NCBI GenBank assembly: GCA_938036435.1
Contig: CALHPU010000049.1
Coordinates: 15,434-79,433, forward strand
Source: an uncultured Pirellulaceae bacterium
Lineage (GTDB): Bacteria; Planctomycetota; Planctomycetia; Pirellulales; Pirellulaceae
DNA length: 64,000 nt
Direction: 5' to 3'
Shown: positions 19,331-28,773 of the stretch, in pieces
Layout of the letters: the number at the start of each line of letters is the position of its first letter
How positions within the stretch are numbered: the first letter of the stretch is position 1
Translations under genes and position numbers: made by a program
Notes under the pieces: model-generated
Database searches by the model: none
Told to the model about the DNA's origin: nothing
Seen by the model: the letters and a program-made list of their open reading frames with translations, nothing else

Positions 19331-20566
19331 ATGCGACACATGGATTCTACCGTACGAGATGACTATCTTTGGCTACTGTCTGAAAACGCTTCGCCCGTTC
19401 TCAGTCAAGTAGAAGACGACTTCCGCGAAAAGGTTAACGCACTCACGATCAACAAGCGGTTGAGAAAATCCATCTCGCCGACGAGAGCCGCTATCGTTAT
19501 CGAACAGGCTCTTTTAAGGTTGCGAGCCAAAGTCAAATTCGATCGTGCCAACGATCTGTTCTTCACGCGCAAGTCACTCGAACAAGCCACCAGTCAGCGA
19601 ATTGCTCGCCACAAAGTCGGTCGCTTCGCTAACCTATCTTCGGTGGCCGATATTTGTTGCGGGATTGGCGGCGACTTAATGGCATTAGCAGATCGGCAGA
19701 CATCCGGTTCGTCTCTGACAGAAACTATCGGTATCGAAAAGGATGAATTGACCGCCATGTTCGCCAGCAAAAACGTAGAGTTGCTGGGGCTGGAACACGC
19801 AGCGGTCAAACAAGCGGATTTTGAAGACTTTTCGCTGCAACGATTTGATGGCATCCACATTGATCCTGATCGTCGCGTCAAGAACCGCACTGTGCGAGGA
19901 GACTTCTTTCAGCCTTCTCTTACAGAAATTCGGCAGCGCGTGACACAAAAACAAAGCCTTGCGATTAAAGTTGCACCCGCGACACCGCCACATCGAAGCA
20001 CTCCAGATGACGCCGAAACACAGTGGATTGGCGACAACAGAGAGTGTAAAGAGCAAGTGATCTGGTCGGGCCCGGCGACAACGCACCCCGGCTGCCGTAC
20101 GGCGTCTTACGTTACCTCACAACAGGAGGCATTCCATTTTACCGCCACTGCCAAGGAGCTTGAGCAAAGCCGCCCCGACCCATCGGGAAAACTCGGCACA
20201 AACATTTACGAGCCCCACCCGACCGTCCTTGCCGCCGGACTGGTTACTCCGCTGGCGCGAAAACTTGGCCTGCGCCCCGTCGATGCCCATGTCGATTACC
20301 TGACCGGCGTTCCGGCGGAGCGATGCAGACTGATTCGCAAATTCCGCATCGATGCCGAACTGAAGTTGAATCTGAAAATTTTATCCAAGGAACTTCGCCA
20401 ACGTAAAATCGGTCAAATCGTTGTGAAAAAGCGGGGCGTCGATCAAGCGATCTTCGACAACATCAAAGCCCTAAAAATCGCCGGCGAAAACAAAGCTACC
20501 ATCATCGCCACTCGCCACAACGGAAGACGAATAGCATTGATCACCAACATCGAAGCAAGACGCTAA
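19331..20566 (+). CDS. Class I SAM-dependent methyltransferase with C-terminal THUMP-like domain
   Basis: LEQAT, DICCGIGGD (motif I), IDPDRR, IKVAP, YEPH and KKRGV. Confidence 0.85.
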   Translation: MRHMDSTVRDDYLWLLSENASPVLSQVEDDFREKVNALTINKRLRKSISPTRAAIVIEQALLRLRAKVKFDRANDLFFTRKSLEQATSQRIARHKVGRFANLSSVADICCGIGGDLMALADRQTSGSSLTETIGIEKDELTAMFASKNVELLGLEHAAVKQADFEDFSLQRFDGIHIDPDRRVKNRTVRGDFFQPSLTEIRQRVTQKQSLAIKVAPATPPHRSTPDDAETQWIGDNRECKEQVIWSGPATTHPGCRTASYVTSQQEAFHFTATAKELEQSRPDPSGKLGTNIYEPHPTVLAAGLVTPLARKLGLRPVDAHVDYLTGVPAERCRLIRKFRIDAELKLNLKILSKELRQRKIGQIVVKKRGVDQAIFDNIKALKIAGENKATIIATRHNGRRIALITNIEARR

Positions 20567-20709
20567 TGCGTGGAATGCAAGATCCTGATTGGCGACAGAC
20601 CAATATCATCTTGCCGGGCACTCCAGCAAAAAAGCCCGCACGGCCAACCTTTTTTAGGGCCAACCAACACGGGCTTTGAATCAGAACTCCCAATAGAACG
20701 CTTAGGCCA

Positions 20710-21483
20710 TTACTTCTTCAGGCTGCCCTCAACGGTCTTACTGTCGCTGCCTTCCATTTTTTTAGCTTCCATTTTTTCGGCCTCCATCTTCTTCTTTTCC
20801 ATTTTCTCGGCTTCCATTTTCTTAGTTTCCGCAGCCGACGCTTCAGCTTTTTCGTTCAATTTGGCAAGCTCTGCTTCTTCTGCGGCCAATCTCTTTTCCA
20901 AATCGGCCATGTCCAGTTTAGCATTCTCAATTTGCTGCTTGATTGAAGTGATGCGTGTCTTAGACTGCCCAATCGCAGAATCAAACATGCCGGGTTCAGG
21001 AACAGAACTGGCTTTCAAAACGTCAGCCAACGTCATCACGGAAACAGTAACTTCTGTCTCCTCTTCTCCCCGTCTGCGAGTCAGCGTAAAAGAGTCGCCG
21101 GCCGACATTGCTGCCAACTTGCTGTTGAATTCAGCAACGGTTGTCGAATCTTCTCCGTTGATCTTGGTGATGACATCGCCTGATTGCAAACCCGCCTTCT
21201 GAGCAGGGCCGTTGGTAAATACTGACCGAACCACTGGGCTGGAGCCGCTATCATAAAGATTGGCACCGATTCTCAACTGCTTCAGCTGCTCTTCGGTAGG
21301 TTCCTGAATCGTTTGAACATCCTGAAACGTTTGAGTTGGTTGAACGATCACTCCTTGCGGAACGTATCCTCCCTGGACCACACCGGGAGACTGGTAAAAT
21401 ACTTGAGCCTCAACAGTGGCTGTCGCAGCGACAACCAAAGCAACACCAAATCCAGTATGAATTGCAAGTTTTAGGTAGTTCAT
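20710..21483 (-). CDS. Secreted PDZ-domain protein with coiled coil and KKMEA-type tail repeats
   Basis: Signal peptide (VEA-Q), PDZ (GPAQKAGLQSGDVITKING), C-terminal KKMEAEKMEKKKMEAEKMEAKKME. Confidence 0.8.
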   Translation of the reverse strand: MNYLKLAIHTGFGVALVVAATATVEAQVFYQSPGVVQGGYVPQGVIVQPTQTFQDVQTIQEPTEEQLKQLRIGANLYDSGSSPVVRSVFTNGPAQKAGLQSGDVITKINGEDSTTVAEFNSKLAAMSAGDSFTLTRRRGEEETEVTVSVMTLADVLKASSVPEPGMFDSAIGQSKTRITSIKQQIENAKLDMADLEKRLAAEEAELAKLNEKAEASAAETKKMEAEKMEKKKMEAEKMEAKKMEGSDSKTVEGSLKK

Positions 21484-21728
21484 CGTCTAACTTCTTTCGT
21501 GTTTGAGTTTTTTTGAGAGGGCATTTGAAATTTACTGGCCCAAAAGGAAGGGACCTCACCGACTCATGATAATCTTTTTCGCTCTCGGCTTCACGCGGAC
21601 TGACCATTTTTTTTTCTAGAGGCCTAAATTCTTGTATCTCGTCTTCGGACTATGATAGAAACGTCGTCCGGATTCCAGCCGGCGATAATTGCCGATCCCC
21701 ATCCATGCTGCCCCGAAAAGTCAGAAAC

Positions 21729-23003
21729 ATGAAAATGAATCTTCGTTTACCAATCTTATTCATCTTACTCTTGGCTTGCGTTTCTCCCTTAGCAGCTCAA
21801 GAAGCTTCCGTTTTTCCCTATGGAGCCCTCCCCGCAAACAGACCGGAGATGCCACTGAGCAAGGCGATGGACCGAGTCTATGAAGGCACTTACAAGGGCG
21901 TCGATTGTTTTCGCAATGAACTGTTTACGAACTTCAAATACACGCCTTTACAGGGTTTTGACTATCACGGTGGTGACGGAACTGTTTCAAGAAGAGATTC
22001 AACTAAGGTAATTCGCGCCAACGGCAAATTTTACGTGTGGTATACGCATCGAGAAACGCCAACGCCACCGAACTACGATGGAGGAGCCAACGAGACGATT
22101 CCGTCGCGCGATTGGGATCTGGCCGAAATCTGGTACGCGACCAGCGATGACGGTTTCAATTGGAAAGAACAAGGGGTCGCAGTCAAAAGAATGAAGAAAC
22201 CGCACGCGGGCTGGCGGTCGGTATCCACACCAGACATTTTGTTTTGGAAAGGCAAATACTACCTGTACTACCAAGCCTACCTGAACATGCCCGGCAGTAG
22301 AACTTCCAGTGCCACCAACGGTGATGACTGCCCAGTCTCAGTATCGTGGGCCGATTCGCCAGATGGCCCATGGACTGCTTCCAATAAAATCGTTGTTGAG
22401 AACGGGCCGCCGGGTTCGTGGGACCAATACGTTATCCACGATCCTTATCCGATTGTCTTCAATGGAAAAATCTATCTGTACTACAAAGGAGAAATGGGTG
22501 GGGCACCACCGGTAAGAGCACAGGGACTGGCCATTGCCGATGATCCAATGGGGCCGTTTAAAAAACATCCTCTTAACCCAGTGATTAATTCGGGCCATGA
22601 GACTTCTCTGTTCCCATTCAAAACTGGCCTAGCAGCACTGGTCAGCCGCCATGGACTTGAGCACAACACAATTCAGTACTCACCCGACGGGGTAAATTTC
22701 GAGGTCGCGGCGATTACGGGATTAATGCCGATTGCTCCCGGAGCTTTTGTCCCTGACGCATTTTTAGGAAACAAAGACGGGCGCGGTATCACTTGGGGGC
22801 TATGTCACTTCCGCAACATTCGGCGAGCCGAAGGCAAAAGCCACAGTATGCTGGCCCGATTCGACTGCGATCTGAGTCTTGACGTGCACGATTTGGAAAT
22901 GAAGGAATCCGATATCTTCAACGATCCCGAGATCAACTTCAAATTTGGCCTTTCAGACGCTCAACGCAAACGCATCGAAGAAGCCAACCAAAAGCTAAAA
23001 TAA
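21729..23003 (+). CDS. Glycoside hydrolase family 117-like (alpha-3,6-anhydro-L-galactosidase-related beta-propeller)
   Basis: SxAxxR (SKAMDR), RRDS, YVWYT, DWDLAEIWYATS.DG, SVSTPD, IHDP, YYKGE and NSGHET. Signal peptide. Confidence 0.85.
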   Translation: MKMNLRLPILFILLLACVSPLAAQEASVFPYGALPANRPEMPLSKAMDRVYEGTYKGVDCFRNELFTNFKYTPLQGFDYHGGDGTVSRRDSTKVIRANGKFYVWYTHRETPTPPNYDGGANETIPSRDWDLAEIWYATSDDGFNWKEQGVAVKRMKKPHAGWRSVSTPDILFWKGKYYLYYQAYLNMPGSRTSSATNGDDCPVSVSWADSPDGPWTASNKIVVENGPPGSWDQYVIHDPYPIVFNGKIYLYYKGEMGGAPPVRAQGLAIADDPMGPFKKHPLNPVINSGHETSLFPFKTGLAALVSRHGLEHNTIQYSPDGVNFEVAAITGLMPIAPGAFVPDAFLGNKDGRGITWGLCHFRNIRRAEGKSHSMLARFDCDLSLDVHDLEMKESDIFNDPEINFKFGLSDAQRKRIEEANQKLK

Positions 23004-23039
23004 CCCTAACTTTTTACTCACACCAAATCTGAGATCACT

Positions 23040-23966
23040 ATGCCACGCCTCAACACAGTCCACTTAACGGTGTTTAGTCTAACGTTTCTTTTGTTGGCCT
23101 CTTCGCAGGCGCAACAAACCTCTTCTGACGCTAAAATTGGCGTGATGGAAACAGCGCTGAACAAACGCGCGGATGTTGCCAGTTTTGCCTTAGCCAAAGC
23201 GGCTGGTTACACGGCCATCCAAATGCATTCGGGAATGCCACCAGGGATGAAGAAGAAGGGCCACGATCAGTCGAAGGGACTTCCTATTGGCGACGATCCT
23301 AAGATTCTTGATTCATGGATCGCTGAATCGAAAAAGCAAGGCGTCGAAATAGTCTCTCTCTGCGCTGGCAGCTTGAACAAATGCCAAATTTGGGATCGCG
23401 ACCGCGAATTAGCGATGCGCATCGCCAAACAGACGATCGATGGCAGCCATCAAGTTGGATCAAATGTGATGCTGTTCCCTTTCTTTGGGCCATCTAATTT
23501 CCAAACCGACGATGCGGCCTTGGAGGGAGTTGCCGAATTCATGCGTGAACTACTTCCGTATGCTAAAGAAAAAAATGTCATCATTGGAATCGAAGCTCCC
23601 ATCACTACCGTGCGCGTCATGGAGTTATTGAAGAAACTGGACTTCCCCGCACATCTCAAGATCTACTACGACACTGGCAATCTGTTCCCCAAAGAAGACA
23701 TCTACGAGACGATTCGCGAATACGGCAAAGACCATTTCTGTGAGGTACACATCAAAGCATTCAAGTCCGCCATCGCTGGCGAGGGGCAGATCGATCTACA
23801 GAAACTGGCTGATGCCCTCAACGATATTCAATATGACAAATGGCTAATTTACGAAGCCAATCGAAGTGGTAAAGATCCCGTCGGTAATCGAGTGGCCATC
23901 GAAAAGCTGATTGGCCTACGAGAAAACGCTACCGCCGAAAATAGCCGGCCAAACATGACGAATTAA
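23040..23966 (+). CDS. Secreted sugar phosphate isomerase/epimerase (xylose isomerase-like TIM barrel)
   Basis: Signal peptide. IGIE, YYDTGN, EVHIK and LIYE metal-binding pattern. Confidence 0.8.
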   Translation: MPRLNTVHLTVFSLTFLLLASSQAQQTSSDAKIGVMETALNKRADVASFALAKAAGYTAIQMHSGMPPGMKKKGHDQSKGLPIGDDPKILDSWIAESKKQGVEIVSLCAGSLNKCQIWDRDRELAMRIAKQTIDGSHQVGSNVMLFPFFGPSNFQTDDAALEGVAEFMRELLPYAKEKNVIIGIEAPITTVRVMELLKKLDFPAHLKIYYDTGNLFPKEDIYETIREYGKDHFCEVHIKAFKSAIAGEGQIDLQKLADALNDIQYDKWLIYEANRSGKDPVGNRVAIEKLIGLRENATAENSRPNMTN

Positions 23967-23973
23967 CCAAAAT

Positions 23974-25071
23974 TCATTTGCGGCGCCACCAGCCACAAAT
24001 CCAAGCCCAGATTCTCCCAATCATTCTCCCGGAAAACACATCCTCAGTGATCGTCGGACGTTCCCCAGAGAAGTTGTACCACAGCGCATTGAAGTAAGGT
24101 TTGCTAGATTCGGCCAATACGCCGTAGACGCCCTCCTGTTCGATCTTACACAAACCTTTTCGGTAATGTTCAAACAGGTGTTGGTCCAGCAGATTCCCCG
24201 TCACGCGCACCGTCGTCAACGCGCCCTTGGTCGCGGTGGAAACCTGATTCAAACTGTACACCGTTAGTGTGCTGGAAATTTCAAACAGCGAGGCATCGTT
24301 TTGGTTGGCCATCTCGTGCATGTCCTCCCATAGACGGTTCAGCTCCGCTTGAGGCAAGACTTTAGTAGGGTCGATCTTCCCTAGGTGCACTTGCGTGTCG
24401 GCAATCGTCTCTCGCAAACCTTCCACACTTAGCGGCGGCGTGTCCAAATTGGCTGTCGTTTTGGCTGATGCTTTGCTGATCACCTCCAATAACTCAGCCG
24501 TGCTGGAAATCGTGGACTCCTCGCCAATCACGCCCTCTTTCTTTAGTTCAACGGCCAATTCCTCCAAATAGGCTTGCGACCCGTAAGCCAGATCGCTGAC
24601 GATGGCCAGAACCGTAATCGGTGACAGGTGAAACGTCGCCATCCCAGCCAGATCAATGAACGTGCCCACCGTTTTCTTGGCAACGTAGTCAGCCACGTCC
24701 GCCTCGGCGACTTCTCCCCCGGCCGCAGCGCTCTCCATCGGCACGACCTCCGCAGGCTCAGCGCGATCGCCAGTCACCGCCGCCGTCGAAGCATCTTCAC
24801 CGGCCAGCTTCACACCTCCAACGTCCTTATTGAGCATGTCCAACATCTCTTGAACGAATTTGCTGTAGGTCGTCGAATCACGAAACGCTTGTGGGACCAG
24901 CAATGTAGCAGATTCATTAATCGCACCTCCAACAAGAGCCGCCGTGCTCCGTACAGCGCGCTCCGGCAGTGACAATCCATACATCAAGTATCGATGAACC
25001 TGTTCGATTCCCGGATCGCCCTGAGTGTGTGGTTCAGGCTGATCTGATTCGGAAGAATGATGAAATTGCAT
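23974..25071 (-). CDS. Conserved-looking hypothetical protein
   Basis: Long ORF (YGLSLPER, LLVPQAF, HLSP..VLAI..D.AYGS). The start is uncertain (25071 or 25152). Confidence 0.7.
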   Translation of the reverse strand: MQFHHSSESDQPEPHTQGDPGIEQVHRYLMYGLSLPERAVRSTAALVGGAINESATLLVPQAFRDSTTYSKFVQEMLDMLNKDVGGVKLAGEDASTAAVTGDRAEPAEVVPMESAAAGGEVAEADVADYVAKKTVGTFIDLAGMATFHLSPITVLAIVSDLAYGSQAYLEELAVELKKEGVIGEESTISSTAELLEVISKASAKTTANLDTPPLSVEGLRETIADTQVHLGKIDPTKVLPQAELNRLWEDMHEMANQNDASLFEISSTLTVYSLNQVSTATKGALTTVRVTGNLLDQHLFEHYRKGLCKIEQEGVYGVLAESSKPYFNALWYNFSGERPTITEDVFSGRMIGRIWAWICGWWRRK

Positions 25072-25190
25072 TATGGTTCGGTTCCATGATGAAAAAGAAC
25101 AAGTAGGCAAAACTTGGCACTTCATTCGCTGTGCCGTGTAGATTATCGGCAACTTTGTCTACTTCAAACAAAACGTTTTCAAATTTCCGA

Positions 25191-26396
25191 TCAAGCCCTG
25201 TTTTCCAGCCATGCCAACGGAGACGAGACATCCGCAACCCGCCTGACACAAAAGTGCGCTTCCCTCCCCTGAACCAAACGGCCAAACGATTCATCAAACC
25301 CCAGCGCGCTTGCCCCGTTAGCTGTTCCCATTCGCAAAATGGTCTCGGGCGCCACATCGGGATGCCGTCGATGAATTTCGACCAATTCCTGAGCGAGGTC
25401 AAGATCCGGATTCGACGCGCGCGAATCGGTCCCGACGGCCACATTAATTCCACGCTCCAACATCTCCTCCAGCGGATACCGCGCGTGGTCGAAATAGGCA
25501 TGTGTCCTTGGACAAAATGCGATCGACATTTTCTCGCGGTTGGCTGCAACGAAATCGAGTTCAGGCGCGTTCAAATAATTCCCGTGAACGACCAGCGCGG
25601 AATCGCACTCAGACAATTTTTCTAGGATCGCTAAGATCGATTGATAATTCCCATAGGCCGCTGGACGCCATACTCCCATTGAAGTGAGCATCTCGATAAA
25701 CGGGCCAGTCTTCGATTCAACAAACTCCCGTTCGGCCAACGTCTCCGCAACATGCATCGCCACGAAAGACTGCCGTTTCACCCCGACAGCCGCCAATTCA
25801 TTGAGCAGGCAATCGCCAACCGAATACGGCGCATGCGGGCTGACCGCTGCAACAACCTGATTCGCACAGGCAGACGATAACGGGGCCTCGGCTTGGGCAA
25901 AGAACTGTTCTAGATCGGCAACTTTCTGCGCTACCTCAGCATCGTCTGAGCCTAACTGCTCAAAGAACACACGCAACGCCATCGGGCAGGGCAGGGGACT
26001 TTGATAATCTTCAAGCACCACCGGCGCAGTCGCGATTTCTCCGATCGCCATCACGCCATGACGGGCCGATTGCTCAAGCCCCATTGCGATCGCGTCAGAT
26101 TTTTCGACACGCTCACTACCAAAACGAAACTTGATCACCTCGCCAATCCACTTCGTGAATTCGATCCCCGGTTTTCCAAGTGGAGCGTCAAGATCGCTGA
26201 ATTCTAAATGGGTGTGAGCATTCACTAGCCCCGGCATGATCACCGAAGACTCGTAGATCGTCTGTTCGGTGCCGGCGGGCATTTGTGCACGCGCACCAAG
26301 AAACACAATTCGACCGGCGTCGTCCACCACCATTGCCCCATTGGGGATTGGTGGGCTGGCGACGGGCAAAATCCAGTCTGCAAGATAAGATTTCAT
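25191..26396 (-). CDS. Metal-dependent amidohydrolase (ATZ/TRZ / nucleoside deaminase-like)
   Basis: PGLVNAHTHLE, SPHAPYS, HVAET, VHGN, CPRTH and GTDS. Confidence 0.88.
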   Translation of the reverse strand: MKSYLADWILPVASPPIPNGAMVVDDAGRIVFLGARAQMPAGTEQTIYESSVIMPGLVNAHTHLEFSDLDAPLGKPGIEFTKWIGEVIKFRFGSERVEKSDAIAMGLEQSARHGVMAIGEIATAPVVLEDYQSPLPCPMALRVFFEQLGSDDAEVAQKVADLEQFFAQAEAPLSSACANQVVAAVSPHAPYSVGDCLLNELAAVGVKRQSFVAMHVAETLAEREFVESKTGPFIEMLTSMGVWRPAAYGNYQSILAILEKLSECDSALVVHGNYLNAPELDFVAANREKMSIAFCPRTHAYFDHARYPLEEMLERGINVAVGTDSRASNPDLDLAQELVEIHRRHPDVAPETILRMGTANGASALGFDESFGRLVQGREAHFCVRRVADVSSPLAWLENRA

Positions 26397-26461
26397 CGAA
26401 CGTCTCACGCAGGCTTCTCACTTGCGTCCATCAAAGCGTTTGCAATAGTTGCCTCAGCATA

Positions 26462-27814
26462 CTATCGCTGACGAGCAACTGCCCGGGAAGACGACTTCGG
26501 TGCAGCCTTTCTTCCGTTGGCGTTACTATTGCGACGCCTTTTGCCAGAATTGTTACTTCGCCTGTTTCCACCACCGCCTGAGCCTGAGCCACTGTTGGGG
26601 CTGCCACCGCGTGAGCCACCATACCCGCCGCGACCGCGCGAACCACCTCGTCCACCCGATTTCGGCTTAGGTTCCGCTGGTTTGACTTCGCCGTACGGCA
26701 ATTCAAGGTCAAACTGCATCTCAATCAATTTCTCGATCGCTCGCAATTCAGATCGTTCTTCGGGTGTACAAAGTGAAATCGCAATGCCTTCCTTGCCGGC
26801 TCGGCCTGTTCGGCCAATGCGATGCACGTAACTTTCCTCTTCGACCGGCATATCGTAATTCACGACATGCGAAACACCATCGATATCGATTCCACGGGCC
26901 GCAACATCCGTTGCGACCAGAACCGAAATTTTTCCTTTACGGAACGCCTCTAACGCACGCTGCCGCGCGTTTTGGCTTTTGTTTCCATGAATGGCCAACG
27001 CACCAATCTTTGCCTGTTCCAACTTTCGAACGATCACATTGGCACCACGTTTTGTGCGAGTAAAAACGATCGTCTGCTCAACAGTGGATCCCGAGAGAAC
27101 CTCTTTCAAAAACGTAAACTTGTTGCCTCGGTCCAACATGATCATACGCTGCTCGATTCGCTCAACGCTGGGTGATTCTGGCGTGACGTTAACTGAGACC
27201 GGTTGATACAGCAACTGGTTGGACAACTGGCGGGCCTTATCTGACATCGTTGCCGAAAAGAACAATGACTGTCGTTGTTCAGGAAGGTCCGCAATGATCT
27301 TACGCAGCGCCGGCAAGAAGCCCATGTCCATCATTCGGTCGGCTTCGTCGAGTACAAAGATCTGGACGCTGCCGATCTTAATGTGGCCTTGCTGCATCAG
27401 GTCCATCAATCGGCCTGGCGTGGCAATCAGCACATCGACGCCACGTTTGAGCGCTTTCACTTGGCGGTCCTGATTGACGCCGCCATAAACAAGTGCTTGG
27501 CTGAATTTCATGTGCTTCCCATAGGTCGCAAAACTGTCGCTAATCTGGATGGCCAGTTCGCGCGTGGGGGCGAGGATCAGCGCCGTTGGGCTTTTGGGTA
27601 ACAGCTTCGGCGTTTCGTGTCCAATGTAGTCCAGAATTGGCAGCGCAAAAGCTGCCGTTTTTCCCGTGCCGGTCTGAGCACAACCCAAGATGTCCTTGCC
27701 GTCAACAGCCGGCGGGATCGTTTGAGCTTGGATGGGGGTTGGGGTTTCGTAATTCTGTTCGGCGAGTGCTTTTTTCAGTGGTGCGTACAGGTCTAGTGAT
27801 TCAAAGTTGTTCAA
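26462..27814 (-). CDS. rhlE: DEAD-box RNA helicase, RhlE-like, with RGG/basic tail
   Basis: Q motif (PTPIQ), AQTGTGKT, PTRELA, TPGR, DEAD, SAT, ARGID and HRIGRTGRAG. Confidence 0.85.
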   Translation of the reverse strand: MNNFESLDLYAPLKKALAEQNYETPTPIQAQTIPPAVDGKDILGCAQTGTGKTAAFALPILDYIGHETPKLLPKSPTALILAPTRELAIQISDSFATYGKHMKFSQALVYGGVNQDRQVKALKRGVDVLIATPGRLMDLMQQGHIKIGSVQIFVLDEADRMMDMGFLPALRKIIADLPEQRQSLFFSATMSDKARQLSNQLLYQPVSVNVTPESPSVERIEQRMIMLDRGNKFTFLKEVLSGSTVEQTIVFTRTKRGANVIVRKLEQAKIGALAIHGNKSQNARQRALEAFRKGKISVLVATDVAARGIDIDGVSHVVNYDMPVEEESYVHRIGRTGRAGKEGIAISLCTPEERSELRAIEKLIEMQFDLELPYGEVKPAEPKPKSGGRGGSRGRGGYGGSRGGSPNSGSGSGGGGNRRSNNSGKRRRNSNANGRKAAPKSSSRAVARQR

Positions 27815-28773
27815 AGAATTTCTCGTAGGTTAAATGATTGGCTCAAGCAGCGTGTTCGTTGCCGAGCGAGCGGTAAAGTGAGCCCATCAGGAAGGTACGC
27901 AAGTTCGAACAAGCGGTACTTACTGAAATGTACAGACGTACAAACAGACCCGTTTTCGCCGAGGTGGTTGCAGCCAAATGCTGCTGGGAAGATAAAGCGA
28001 TAAACGCTTGTTTCCATCATCAAGAAGGAATCGGTTTTTTCCTGCCACAGGTTTCAAAAGAACTTCGCGGGCGAGGTCAACACAACCGATTTCAAAAGCA
28101 GACGGCGAATCTACAACGTGCCGATTTAGAATCCAGACTTTCGTCAGATAAATGAACTCTGGGGCAAACGCTCCAACCTTCTTGGTTCGCATGTACCCAA
28201 AATTGTGCTGCGGTTCTTGATCCTTCCTGCAACACAACTGTCCGAAGTGTACACGCGCCCAATGAAATTACCAATTGCAAAAACAAAGAAGGGGCGAAAC
28301 AACAGATTTTAAGTCCTGAAATCACGAGTTTGGTTAACCTCAGATTTGCATCTGTCTTGTCGACGATTCGGTAAAAAGCGTGATTTGCGACCATTCGCAA
28401 TGCTTAACTAACATGCGACGACCTTAAAGCAAATTGGCATCTCCAACCCCAAATCATCCCTAAAGCGAATCGTCCGGCTCTGGCAGCTTTACCTGTTCTC
28501 AAGTCTTCTAGCGCGATCGACACTGGACTTGAAAACCATGCTGAATCCCGAGAGATTTCAATTTCCGATTTCAATTTCCGATTTCAAAGCGACGCCAAAT
28601 CAGAGGCTATTGAGCCAATGAATCTTGGATTCGTACTCCGCCAGCGCAATTAACGAGTTGATCCTATTGATCGATAACCGTTCGCCGTGGCGGCTTGCTA
28701 ATTGGAATCGTTGAGTCTTGGTTTTCGCCCAACAACTTGGTTCGATAGAAAACAGCTGCCCGTATTCCTTGAT

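Noticed and set aside
28554-28587. GATTTCAATTTCC x2.6
   Set aside because: A simple short tandem repeat.
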